DNA of 21,396 nucleotides from Octopus sinensis. Taxonomy: Eukaryota. How positions within the stretch are numbered: the stretch's first letter is position 1; each line of letters begins with the position of its first letter. Of this stretch, positions 10,122 to 21,368 are shown piece after piece. Where the stretch lies: NCBI RefSeq assembly GCF_006345805.1, contig NW_021823779.1:1-21396 (forward strand). The letters run 5' to 3'. The notes under the pieces are model-generated. The model ran no database searches. It was not told where the DNA came from and saw nothing but the letters and a program-made list of their open reading frames with translations. Position numbers and translations under genes: made by a program.

Positions 10122-10725
10122 TTAACCAGTAGAAATTGAGGGGAGAGTCGATTGTTCACATAACCCAGAACGAATAGTGTGCTCAGCTGGGCCTCGCAGT
10201 AGTGACTCTGATGGCTTTGCCGCGAAGAACGTTGCAGCAGCCACTTCCTGAGGCTCATTAATCCAATGGGCCGCCTTCATCCCTCTGCTGGGAATGAAGT
10301 CCAAGAACACCTGAGGTCTTGACGTAACCGGTACAAACTGACAGTAGCCAGTGAGGACCAAATATTTCTTAAATGTTCTCTCCTCATGATTATGGAAGGT
10401 GACACCCGGGTTTGCAGCCGTTGCAGCAAGGTTGGTTCCTTGTCAAAAATATTTAGTGATATTTTGGTGTTGTTCATCGGACAATCGTAGTCGAGCAGAC
10501 AGGTGATTGAATTATGATCGATAGGTGATTGAGTTATGATCACTTATAAATTCGTTTTGAAAGATATAATGTGTATAAGTTCCCTCTGTGCGCTCTGTCG
10601 TTCCATTCTTAAGAAGGCGGCAACTTGATACGATGATGGGTTTTCAGTAATTCGTTGCCAGGCGAGTGATCACGATGTCTTCCGCATCTCCTTGACTGAG
10701 GTTGCAAAATTGAACAAAGTATGTC
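10122..10725 (-). pseudogene. Decayed ORF-like segment, possibly retroelement ORF1 debris
   Basis: GC-richer than its flanks. Minus-strand frames give protein-like text broken by stops and by a 22-bp tandem duplication (10501-10541). Family not recognised. Confidence 0.3.
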
Positions 10726-10734
10726 AAATAAATA

Positions 10735-10809
10735 AATACATACACACAAATATGTATAAATATAAATATATATATATATATATATATAGATAGATAGATA
10801 TATAGATAA

Positions 10810-10864
<55 letters not shown>

Positions 10865-11004
10865 CATGCACATATATATATGTTTTATGTATATACATAT
10901 GTCTCACTCTGTCTCTGTCTCTCTCTCAATATATATTTATATACATATATATATATAATTATATATATATATAAGTGCATACATGCATACATGCATAGAA
11001 ATAG

Positions 11005-11041
<37 letters not shown>

Positions 11042-11095
11042 ATATGCGTGCATACATACATACATGCATACATGCATAGAAATATATATATAATT
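10735..11095. repeat. Compound (TA)n/(GATA)n/(TACA)n microsatellite
   Basis: Directly visible. Confidence 0.95.
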
Positions 11096-11213
11096 AATAA
11101 TACCAAAGGTTAATTTGAAATATTTCCATGACCTGAGGCCTAGCATGTAGTAAATTTACCCAATGGACTATATATTACTCATATAAATACAGTGTACATT
11201 TAAACACAAAAGA

Positions 11214-11848
11214 GGTATCCATCATAGGACTACCTGCACGCTAGAAAGGACAGATAAATTCCAAACCACTATTCGGGATAAAATTTAGAATGGAAAGAAA
11301 AACTAAACATTTACCTTCTTATACCTGGACCAATGGTTTCAGACGTTTTTTAGCAAATAAAATAATTTGCTAGGCGAAGGCTTCTTCAGCTGGTACAACT
11401 TAGATTAAATATATATACACGAGGCAATCCAGTATCTGCCTCGTGCTTATACATTCTAATATTTTCAAATCTACCGCGCAAGTGCAGCTCCCTCTCGGCA
11501 GTCAGTAAACATTGCAGCTTTTTATTTCGAAAATTATCCAAGAAATAATTTATCACTAATTAATAATTTTAAAGTGTAATCTGAAATATTAGAAATTTCC
11601 AATACCAGTGGCCTATCGTGTAAAACATTTACTCAATAGACTAGATATTATTCATATAAATGCAGTGTACATTTAAACACAAAAGAGGTATCCATCATAG
11701 GGATACCTGCACGCTAGAGAGGACAGTCATTAGGGAAAAATTTCGAATGTAATGAAAGTATAACATTTACCATTCGAAATTTTATCACTAATAGTGGTTT
11801 GGAATTTAACTGTCATCTCTAGCGTGCAGGTACCCTATGATAGGTACC
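11214..11848. mobile_element. Foldback/MITE-like structure with ~80-bp inverted repeats (11214-11293 vs 11770-11848) and an internal direct copy of the left arm (11687-11749)
   Basis: ggtatccatcataggactacctgcacgctagaaaggacagataaattccaaaccactattcgggataaaatttagaatgg aligns with the reverse complement of 11770-11848. No clear TSD seen. Confidence 0.6.
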
Positions 11849-11851
11849 CTA

Positions 11852-11852
<1 letters not shown>

Positions 11853-11897
<45 letters not shown>

Positions 11898-11898
11898 A

Positions 11899-11944
<46 letters not shown>

Positions 11945-11945
11945 A

Positions 11946-11989
<44 letters not shown>

Positions 11990-12075
11990 ATATGTATGTA
12001 TGTAAATATATATGTATGTGTATAAATATATATATATATGTGTATATCATATATATATATATGCATATATATATA
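11853..12075. repeat. (TA)n/(TATG)n microsatellite at the junction before duplication copy B
   Basis: Directly visible. Confidence 0.95.
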
Positions 12076-12447
12076 CATATAAAATACAAATTGGAAAAGA
12101 ATGCAAAACATCCGGACAACTAGGTGATACATAAAGGGACAACAAAACATCCAGATAGACGATACAAAAAAAAAGGTCGGATCATTTGAAGCATTTAATT
12201 TTCAGTCAAGAACCGTATCATCCTCGCAATCTCGGCTGATTAATCTTGAGATTACTTCAATCTGGCCAGCCCCAAGGAAAACTAAGCTATGAGCATTTGA
12301 TTCTTTGGAGATAAGCATCAAATTTATACGAAACAGGTACGGAAAAACGGACGATATTACACGAATATAAATACAAAAATAATACAAAAAACAGTAACGA
12401 TATCAACAACAATAATAATAATGATAATAATAATTATAATAATAATT

Positions 12448-12813
12448 AAAAGTATATGTATTTGGAAAAAGTATATGTATTTCTGAAGGGAGCTAACTTC
12501 TCGTCGACAACCATATTGTCACACGCGATGAAGGTAAACCCTTGAAACTCGGGTCCGTGTGTATCATGAGTTGAAGACGGGAGGATGACTCCCCTTCACA
12601 ATACTGAGAGGACACAGATAGTGTGTCTATAGCCAGCTGGAGGAGATATCTTCCTGGGGCTACAAACTACAGTAGCATCCACCCTTAAGGTTAGCCATAT
12701 TCAAATGGTAAATATGCGTCACGATGTGTTACCGCTACTGTTTATAACTCGCTCTGAGATTTATCATTGTTTAATAATATAATAATAATAATATAATAAT
12801 AATAATATAATAC

Positions 12814-12852
<39 letters not shown>

Positions 12853-13095
12853 AATAATGGATAATAATACTAATACTAATTATAATAATAATAATATTTT
12901 TTTATTTGTTTATTTATTTATTATATTTTTATTTTTTTATTTTGTATTAGACATTCACTAGTACAACACAAAAAACACACAAAAAAAAACAAACAAAAAA
13001 CCCCATTATGGCACAGAACTTCCAACCTGTTGTCTCTTGAGGTCTCTGGTGAGACTTGGAGCCAACTTTTACAGACATAAGCAAAAGTCAAACAG
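12448..13095 (+). mobile_element. Copy-B-specific insert: probably two retroposon 3' ends, each followed by an (AAT)n tail
   Basis: Absent from the paralogous (AAT)n tract at 1281-1340. Two non-repetitive segments (12448-12770 and ~12950-13095) each end in AAT repeats. Confidence 0.45.
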
Positions 13096-13124
13096 AATAA
13101 TAAATAATAATAATATAATATAAT

Positions 13125-13156
<32 letters not shown>

Positions 13157-13606
13157 TAATAATAATATATAATAATAATAATAATAATAATCATCATAAT
13201 AATAACAGGACATTGTAACAGGCGTCATTTGACTGGAGACAAATTGAATTCAGCTGGCGTGTTGAGTATTAAGCCTTACGGCAGAGGGAGGGATGTCGAT
13301 GTGGCAGTGACCGTGGTCAAACAAAAAAGGGCTGACGGTCGGTCAACGGTCACGTGAGCGGAGAAGAGAGAGAAAAAAGAGTAACAAAGGAACCAAAGAG
13401 GGAGAGAAGAGAGAGAGTGTGTGCAGACGGAAGAATCAAGGAGTGGTGAGAAAAAAAGAGAGATAGTGACACGGAGAAGGGTAAAGTAAGAAAGGCAAAG
13501 AAATGTGAGAGAGGGGAGAGGGAGAGTGTTAAAGAAGTCGTTCAAAATTTAGTGACCTGTGTACTTACATATAAGAGAACAAATTGTACGTACGCCACAA
13601 TACATA

Positions 13607-13657
<51 letters not shown>

Positions 13658-13682
13658 ATTATATTATATATATATATATATT

Positions 13683-14122
13683 TAAGTAATACTAAGCAAT
13701 AAAGGGTTTAGCAACGAATTGCCTTACCACATACCGATTTAGAAATAGCAGTCAAAAGTTATAGCTATTTCTTCTACTAAAAAGGAGATCTCAGTAAAAA
13801 CAGCAATTGGAAGGCAGACACAAACAGGTAAGAGAGAATGAATTGACGGCATCTATCATACATTTTAAGTTATCTACGGACGTACGTTTCGAAATCAAGT
13901 TTTTAGGAAAGCATAAGAATTAAATATTAAATAATTCTATCTCACCAAAACTTCTTTTCTCTTCAGCGTAGAATACTATAATCATAAATGATTATATATT
14001 GAATTTTGAGATACTAGAAGGCACCAACTCAACTCAGTATCAGAGCGAGCTAGAATCCGCAACTAGTATCACCAAATCCAATGTGTGAATGAAAAGATTG
14101 TGTCACCAGCCCCTTCCCACCC
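13683..14122. other. Copy-B-specific ~440-bp segment between TA microsatellites, probably an interspersed repeat
   Basis: No counterpart in copy A between ~1790 and 1850. Confidence 0.45.
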
Positions 14123-15283
14123 TATATATATATATATATATATTTATAGTTGTGTGTGTGTGTGCTTATGTTTCTGTGTCATCTTCTATTTGTGAAAAAG
14201 ATAAGTAATGGGTTGTGTAAATTATATGAACGACTTTGTGGCGATATTTGTCAAAACATGTAGCTACACTTCTCATCGACAAAAATACACACATGCATAC
14301 ATACATACGTACATACATACATACATACATACATACATTACATACATACGGACGTACATACTTGCATACATACATATATACATATATATATTTATATATA
14401 TATGTATATGCATGTGGTTGTATGTATGTATACACACACGCGCACGCACACACACAGATATATATATATATATTATATAGATGTGTGTGTGTGTAAAGAA
14501 TAAGTGAAAACACAACGTGTACAACTTCAAGAATAGAAAAGAAAACGACAGCTGGAGCAAAAAAAGTTTAACGGTGGTCAGTGTATAACTGGCACTACAC
14601 AACCCTCATCAACCAGTTTGAACTTTGCACAAGAGAAAGTCTACTGAGCTGTTTGTAAAAATACCGTTCGAATCTAACAAGTATGTAACATTTAAATTAT
14701 TCTTTGCGTCTGTATGTGATTAAGTAATAGCATTCGATAAAGTATGTTATGGCAATAAGGATGGTGGTAGTGGCAGAGCTTAAACCGTTTGTTGCCTGTT
14801 TGCATGTGAACAGTCCAAGATCTGCAAAGAGAGAGGATAACCGGAATGATTTTCTGATTTTCACTTTACATCTCATCGATTGTATTTGATGAAAGGGAAT
14901 CAGTTGAGCCCTTCAGTTTTGGATGAAGTCGAGCTTTTGTAAATTTTATTTTTTGATTAACGTAAATCGTTTGCTAGGAAAAAGTGAACCTATTTGGCTG
15001 GAGGTTGTGTTATTCATTTCTCATTATTACAAAAGATTTTCCCATTTCTTACTTTATGTCAAAACATTCAATCCAAACAAACTGCTGATCTTTGCAACAC
15101 TGGCCAACTGCTTCCCTCTTTTCCATAAAACACTATTTGACCAATTTTGCTATCCGTAGGCTGCTGTTTGTATTAAGTTGATTGACCATTTTTCTTTGTT
15201 TAAAATCGTGTGAATATATTCTGGTTCTGGAGTAGGTTTTTCATAGCAGTCAAAACTATGTGTTTTCATATAGAGTTTTTAGT

Positions 15284-15335
<52 letters not shown>
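15284..15335. repeat. (GT)n microsatellite
   Basis: Directly visible. The paralogous tract at ~4198-4270 is interrupted. Confidence 0.95.
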
Positions 15336-15336
<1 letters not shown>

Positions 15337-16214
15337 TGTGCGTGCGTGTTTGGTAACAATGCTATATCTAAATGATGAATGTAGAATCTTGAAGATATTT
15401 TTTGACAGTTACTGAATACTGTCCCGTATTTAGAGCAAAGCCGACATGCATAACCTTCTTTTGATATGAGACGTATACCTGGGGTACTTCTTCTTCGATT
15501 CTTCGCTTAGTTTTTCCTTGCCCAGATTAGTCGTTGACATACCTCATAAATAAAACAATACTAAGACCATTAATTAAAAGAGACACGTAATATGATGCTC
15601 TTCCAGAAAGTATTGTATTTAAAAAGATAACGATAAACATGTGTCTCTGTGAGGATTATATGACACATTTATTCCGCACCAAACAAATGCATTTAGTCAT
15701 GTATTGTCTCAGATTGTTAGATACCAGTGCAACATTTTATAAGTGAAATGTGCAGGAAAGTTTGATTTGGGTTGAAGAAAACAGAGAAAATACATTTGAC
15801 TGAGTGCATTTCGCATACAAGATTCCACCAACTGCGAACTTACAAACATCTCATAATTGTTTTGATTGCAGAAATAAAAATAATATAGCTATAGAAGCTA
15901 GATATACTTGAAGTAAGAATATTTCATTCACTGTTAGCAATATGGGGAATATTTTGGACAAATGCTTCGAAGACGTCATCTTCTCCTAAATTATATATTC
16001 ACATTTGTAATTAAATCTAGATTAGTACTATTGGTGCAATTAAATTAGCCATATTACTTATTGTTTAAATGGTAAATCTTGGATTTTTAGTGAAATATAT
16101 TTGAACAGCTAAAAGATAATTGTTACCTAAATTTCAGCTGTAGATTTTTGCATATTTCTAAGAAAAATGCTTTTGTATTAATCACTCTCGTTATATGTGT
16201 CTATCATCAGGTGC

Positions 16215-16281
16215 ATGATGAAAGGCAACAGTGTCCTATTGTTTTGTGTATTCATTTCATACACCTTCTCGGATAAACGAG
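16215..16281 (+). CDS. Knottin-like precursor gene B, coding exon 1 (MMKGNSVLLFCVFISYTFS-DKR)
   Basis: Paralogous to 5150-5213. Acceptor at 16210, donor GAG|GTAAGT at 16282, frame intact. Confidence 0.75.
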
Positions 16282-16380
16282 GTAAGTATAATTAGAAATT
16301 TCTATTATTTTATAGCAATCCGAAATGTAGTGGGAGAAAAGGCGGAAAATAGAAGGGCGGGAAGGAGGAAAATGAATATA

Positions 16381-16598
16381 TATTTCTTTACTACCCACAA
16401 GGGGCTAAACTTAGAGGACAGACAAACGGATTAAGTCGATTACATCGACCCCAGTGCGAAACTGGTACTTTTATTTATCGCCCCGAAAGGATGAAAGGCA
16501 AAGTCGACCTCGGCGGAATTTGAACTCAGAACGTAACGACAGACGATATACCGCTAAGCATTCCGCCCGGTACGCTAACGTGTCTGCCAGCTCGCTCT
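16381..16598 (-). mobile_element. SINE family B insertion with a 15-bp target-site duplication (AGGAAAATGAATATA, 16366-16380 and 16599-16613)
   Basis: Perfect 15-bp flanking direct repeats; the empty site is present in copy A at ~5298-5310. Confidence 0.92.
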
Positions 16599-17271
16599 AG
16601 GAAAATGAATATAGTTGCCTTAACGGTGTTTCGGGTGTACCCCATTTATATGCAAATACAGCTTTTAAATAACTAACTCTATTGATCAAAACTACGCATA
16701 GACCAAGTATAGGAAATTAAGATTCTTCTATATAATATATAACATTTAATTAACAACATGAATGATACAAATCGGGAAGGTTTCTAGTGGTGTGCTCTCA
16801 TCTCTTACTCCTGTATTTGATTCAGAACGTAAACACGAACGAAAGGACACTGAATACCTTGCTCGTCGAGCTTACCATTCTGCCAATATTCCGCCACCCT
16901 TAGAATTCTTAATTATTAAAATAATTACAGAAGATATTCAGCAATTGCTGTATATATAATGTTTCACGTGTCTTTTGTTTGTCTTCTTGTCATTCCTTTT
17001 TATTGCTCCTTTAGTTTTTTTTATCTCCTTTTATGTATTAGAAACATACATCACTACAGAGATGAACCATATTTAAGTGTAGGAGTGAGGAACTTCGAGT
17101 TCCAGTCTTCGTGATCCTGCATCTTGTTTCAGATCGTCTTACCATAAATACGTTATCCTCCATTCAATGAATTACCTGTTGGGTGCTTCATGGGTAATTT
17201 GCGTATTTCTACACGAAACTTTGGAAAATAGACTTCTAATGCTTCCATATGTATTTCAATATTTCTTTCAG

Positions 17272-17332
17272 ATGTCGGTTCCATCCGTCAACAGAGAGGA
17301 GCTTCTGTAGGTTTGAGTAATATGACTAAAAG
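17272..17332 (+). CDS. Knottin-like precursor gene B, coding exon 2 (DVGSIRQQRGASVGLSNMTK[R])
   Basis: Paralogous to 5959-6019, with identical splice sites and length (61 nt). Confidence 0.75.
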
Positions 17333-17544
17333 GTAAGATCTTCATATCTACATATGTTATCGAATTACTAGACAAGCGCCCTCTAGTAAGGTTTCATGGC
17401 TTGTGTCTATAGTAGAGCGGTCATCAATATTGGCGATATTCCATTCTTTAGACTCATTCCTGATTGTAGTTTTGGTGTAAAAGAGAATATGAAACGGGAA
17501 TATTTCAAGTGAGACGATAGGAAAAAAATTTCACGAGTAATATA

Positions 17545-17772
17545 GGCGTAGGAGTGACTGTGTGGTAAGGAGCTTACTTACCAAACACATGGTTCCGGGT
17601 TCAGTCCCACTGCGTGGCAACTTGGGCAGGTGTCTCCTACTATAGCCTCGGGCTGACCGAAGCCTTGTGAGTGGATTTGGTAGACGGAAAGGAAAGAAGC
17701 TCGTCGTATATATGTATTTATATATGTAGGTGTGTGTATATGTTTGTTCCACGTCCCAATATCGCTTGACAA
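17545..17772 (+). mobile_element. SINE family A (paralog of 6232-6535) with its 3' part replaced by an unrelated insert
   Basis: Matches family A up to ...atatcgcttgacaa. Confidence 0.85.
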
Positions 17773-19480
17773 TACCAGATGAATGAATTTGGTCGAGGAA
17801 AAGTGAATGGAATTCAATAATATATATCTACTATAGAGACCTGTCCAAATTCCACGGAATTGGAAATAGTAAGAGGACCTGTTTATGAGAGAAAGGAGTA
17901 TTCTTTAAACATTCTTGACGTTTGTCTGCATCCATTTCCTCACGTCATCGACTGCATTATTTTTACCTGTTTCCCCCTCTGATCCGTGCTCCATGTCTGC
18001 TCATTCTTTCTCGAGCAGCTTGTAACTGTATTTCCTGGGAATCCAGAGTTGGCCTTTATAAGCGAGCACATAATAAATATCTACACTTATGCGATAAGCA
18101 ATGGTCACTATGAGAAAAAAAATTAGTTCATAAAAATAGATACTTTTCACTATCAAAACACCTCCACCACAACCCCCACCGTCACAGCAGCTGCGTCTTT
18201 TTCCCTATCTCTCTCTCACACTCTCTCTCTCTCTATCTCTCTTTCTCTCCCTCTCAATCGTGTTCTCTTTTTCTCTCGTTCTTCGCCTCACCCTTCAGCT
18301 CACCAACCAACGCATTTGTCTTAATTATATTAATATTACTCACTTCTCTCTACTTCTTCTTCTCTTTTTCTTCACTCCTCCCTCTCTCTCTTCTCCTCAG
18401 TCTTACTCCACCTCGCACCTACTCCACCTTCAGCTTTCGAACTAATCTATCTCTGTATAAAGCTGAAGTTGTCTGTGCGTGGCAGGTTTGGTAGCCTTCA
18501 ACTAACACTATCTCCTCCGAGACCATTCGGCGCAAGTTGAGCAAAATTGAGAGTATGATAGAAGAAGGCTTGCTCTTCCTTCCGTAGAAGAAAAAATTCA
18601 AATCAGGCTATTTTAACACCAAACATTTTTTACATCACGAAGGTGCTTTTTTCTTCTATGATAATCCCTACTTTTTACGATATTTTGATTGCTGTCTCGC
18701 AAGTTTTCCATGTATTTCAACCAGATAAATGCTCACTTAAAGTTAATAACAAACTACATAATGCAAAATTATTACTTTTCAAAAGTTCTAATTCTAAAGG
18801 GTCGAAACATAGCCGAGCAACGCCGAGCGATACTGCTAGTTAATATATAATGGGCGAACGAACAAGTAGATTATCATAGAGATATGTGCTTGCATGTGCG
18901 CGTATATTTGCCGTTCTTGGATTGCACAGTTTGTGATGTAATGTAGCGGTCACCTACACAAACACAAGAGAGGTTGATCTTCATATTCATATTACTATTT
19001 TCTTCCAGGCTAATTTAGCCAAAACTATATACACAAATGTGACATGGTATACAGCTTCAAGAACTTAAGCATTTACTCATAAACAGACATTAATGTTCAT
19101 TTTAATTGATACAGAGGTAAATAAACCAAAGTAACCAGATTTGAAAATCATATAGAGGCTAAGATTCCCATTTCAAATGTTATTTTCAAGATTGAGGATT
19201 TGTTTTGAGTCTTCTTTTGGAAACGTCGTTTTCATATCTTATTTAGGATGTGTAGAGAAGTACATAGGACAAACCACAATGACCGTAACAAAAGAACTGC
19301 AGGTTTGATTCCCCAGTTGCAGACGAGAAAATCTCGGTTAAATTTTGCTGAGATTCATGAAACAAAATTTTAATTTATTAATTTATGTCAGAATAGTGAC
19401 GATAAATTCTAACATAGAGGATCAATAAGACTTAGGCTGATTAAAGAGTATCGGGGGGGGGGGGGGAGATGGCATTTAAA

Positions 19481-20830
19481 AGTAGACAGAGTGGCTGTGT
19501 GATAAGTAGCTTGCTTACCACAACTACATGATCTGCTGAGATTCATGAATCGAAATTTAATTTATTGATTTATGTCACAAAGTGACGATAAATTACAACA
19601 TAGAAGATAACTGGGCTGACCAAATCTTTGTGAGTGGATTTTGTAGACGGAACTGAAAGAAACTCGTCGTAATATGTATGTATGTATGTATGTACGTAGT
19701 ATGTATGTATGTATGTATATGTATTATGTATGTATGTGTGTGTGTGTGTATGTATTGTATGTATGTATATGTATGTATGATGTAGTATATGTATGTATGT
19801 ATGTATGTGTGTGTGTGTGTGTATGTATGTATGATGTATGTATGTATGTATGTGTGTGTGTTGTGTATGTATGTATGTATGTATGTGTGTGTGTAGTATG
19901 TATGTATGTATGTATGTATGATGTATGTATGCATGCATGTATGCATGCATGCATGTATGTGTGTGTTGTGTATGTATGTTGTATGCATGTATGTATGTAT
20001 GTATGTATGTATGTATGTATGTATGTGTGTGTGTATGTATGTATGTATGTATGTATGTAGGTATGTATGTGTGTGTGTGTGTATGTATGTATGTATGATG
20101 TATGTATGTGTATGTATGTATGTATGTGTGTGTGTATGTATGTATGTATGTATGTATGTATGTATGCATGCATGCATGTATGTATGTATGTATGTGTGTG
20201 TGTATGTATGTATGTATGTATAGTATGTATGTATGGTATGTATGTATGCATGTGCATGCATGCATGTATATGTATGTATGTGTGTGTGTTGTGTGTGTTG
20301 TATGTTATGTATGTATGTATGTATGTATGTATGTGTATGTATGTATGTGTATGTGTGTGTGTGTGTATGTAGTATGTATGTATGTATGTATGTATGTATG
20401 ATGTGTATGTGTGTGTGGTGTATGTATGTATGTATGTATGTATGTAGTATGTTTGTGTGTGTGTATGTATGTATGTATGTGTATGTAGTGGGTGGATGTA
20501 TGATGTATGTATGTATGCATGCTGCATTCATGCATGCATGCATTCATGCATGCATGCATTCATGCATGCATGTATGTATGTATGTATGTATGTATGCATG
20601 CATGCATGCATTATGTATGTATGTATGTATGTATGTATGTATGTATGCATGCATGCATGTGTATGTATGTATGTATGTATGTATGTATGTATGTATGTAT
20701 GTGTATGTATGTATGTATTGTCCTCCTAACATCGTTTGATAACCGATCCTGGTGTGTTTTCATCCCCGTAACGTAGCGGTTCGGCAAGAGATAAAGATAG
20801 AATTAGTACTAGGCAAGTCTTGGTGGCGAT
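19481..20830 (+). mobile_element. Rearranged SINE family A sequence (head 19481-19530, body from ~19610) with a greatly expanded internal microsatellite
   Basis: The head matches 7811-7860. The body and 3' end match 8222-8481. Confidence 0.7.
19673..20718. repeat. ~1-kb (TATG)n/(TG)n/(TGCA)n microsatellite
   Basis: Directly visible; source of all ORFs between 19570 and 20776. Confidence 0.95.
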
Positions 20831-20877
20831 TATTAACTGACATACATCAATACTCAACTTATTACCTTCCTTCTAAC

Positions 20878-21093
20878 TATTCTTTTCTACTCTTTGTACA
20901 AGGCCCGAAATGATGGGGGAGTGGGCCAGTCGATTAGATCGACCCCAGGACGCAACTGGTACTTAATTTATCGAACCTGAAATGATGAAAGGCAAAGTCG
21001 ACCTCGGCGGAATTTGAACTCAGAACGTAGCGGCAGACGAAATACCTCTAAGCATATCGCACGGCGTACTAACGATTCTGCCAGCTCACAGCC
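20878..21093 (-). mobile_element. SINE family B, left arm of an inverted pair (paralog of 8525-8743)
   Basis: Colinear with copy A. Confidence 0.85.
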
Positions 21094-21145
21094 TTTCCCT
21101 TATAACTATTAAAACCATTTATTTATTAATTACCCTGTCACTAAG

Positions 21146-21368
21146 TCGGTGAACCGGCAGAAACGTTAGCACGCCGGACGAGGTGTCAAGCGGTATTTCG
21201 TCTGTCTCTACGTTCTGAGTTCAATTCCGCCGAGGTCGACTTTGCCTTTCATCCTTTCGGGGTCGATAAATTAAGAACCAATTGTTTACTGGGGTCGATC
21301 TATTCGACTGGCCCCCTCCCCCCCCCAAAAAAAAATTTCGGGCCTTGTGCCAAGAGTAGAAAAGAATT
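21146..21368 (+). mobile_element. SINE family B, right arm of an inverted pair (paralog of 8796-9012)
   Basis: Colinear with copy A. Confidence 0.85.

Noticed and set aside
10385-10490. Plus-strand CSRCSKVGS motif resembling a zinc knuckle
   Set aside because: Lacks the His and final Cys, sits in a short frame, and is more simply explained as the antisense of the decayed minus-strand ORF.
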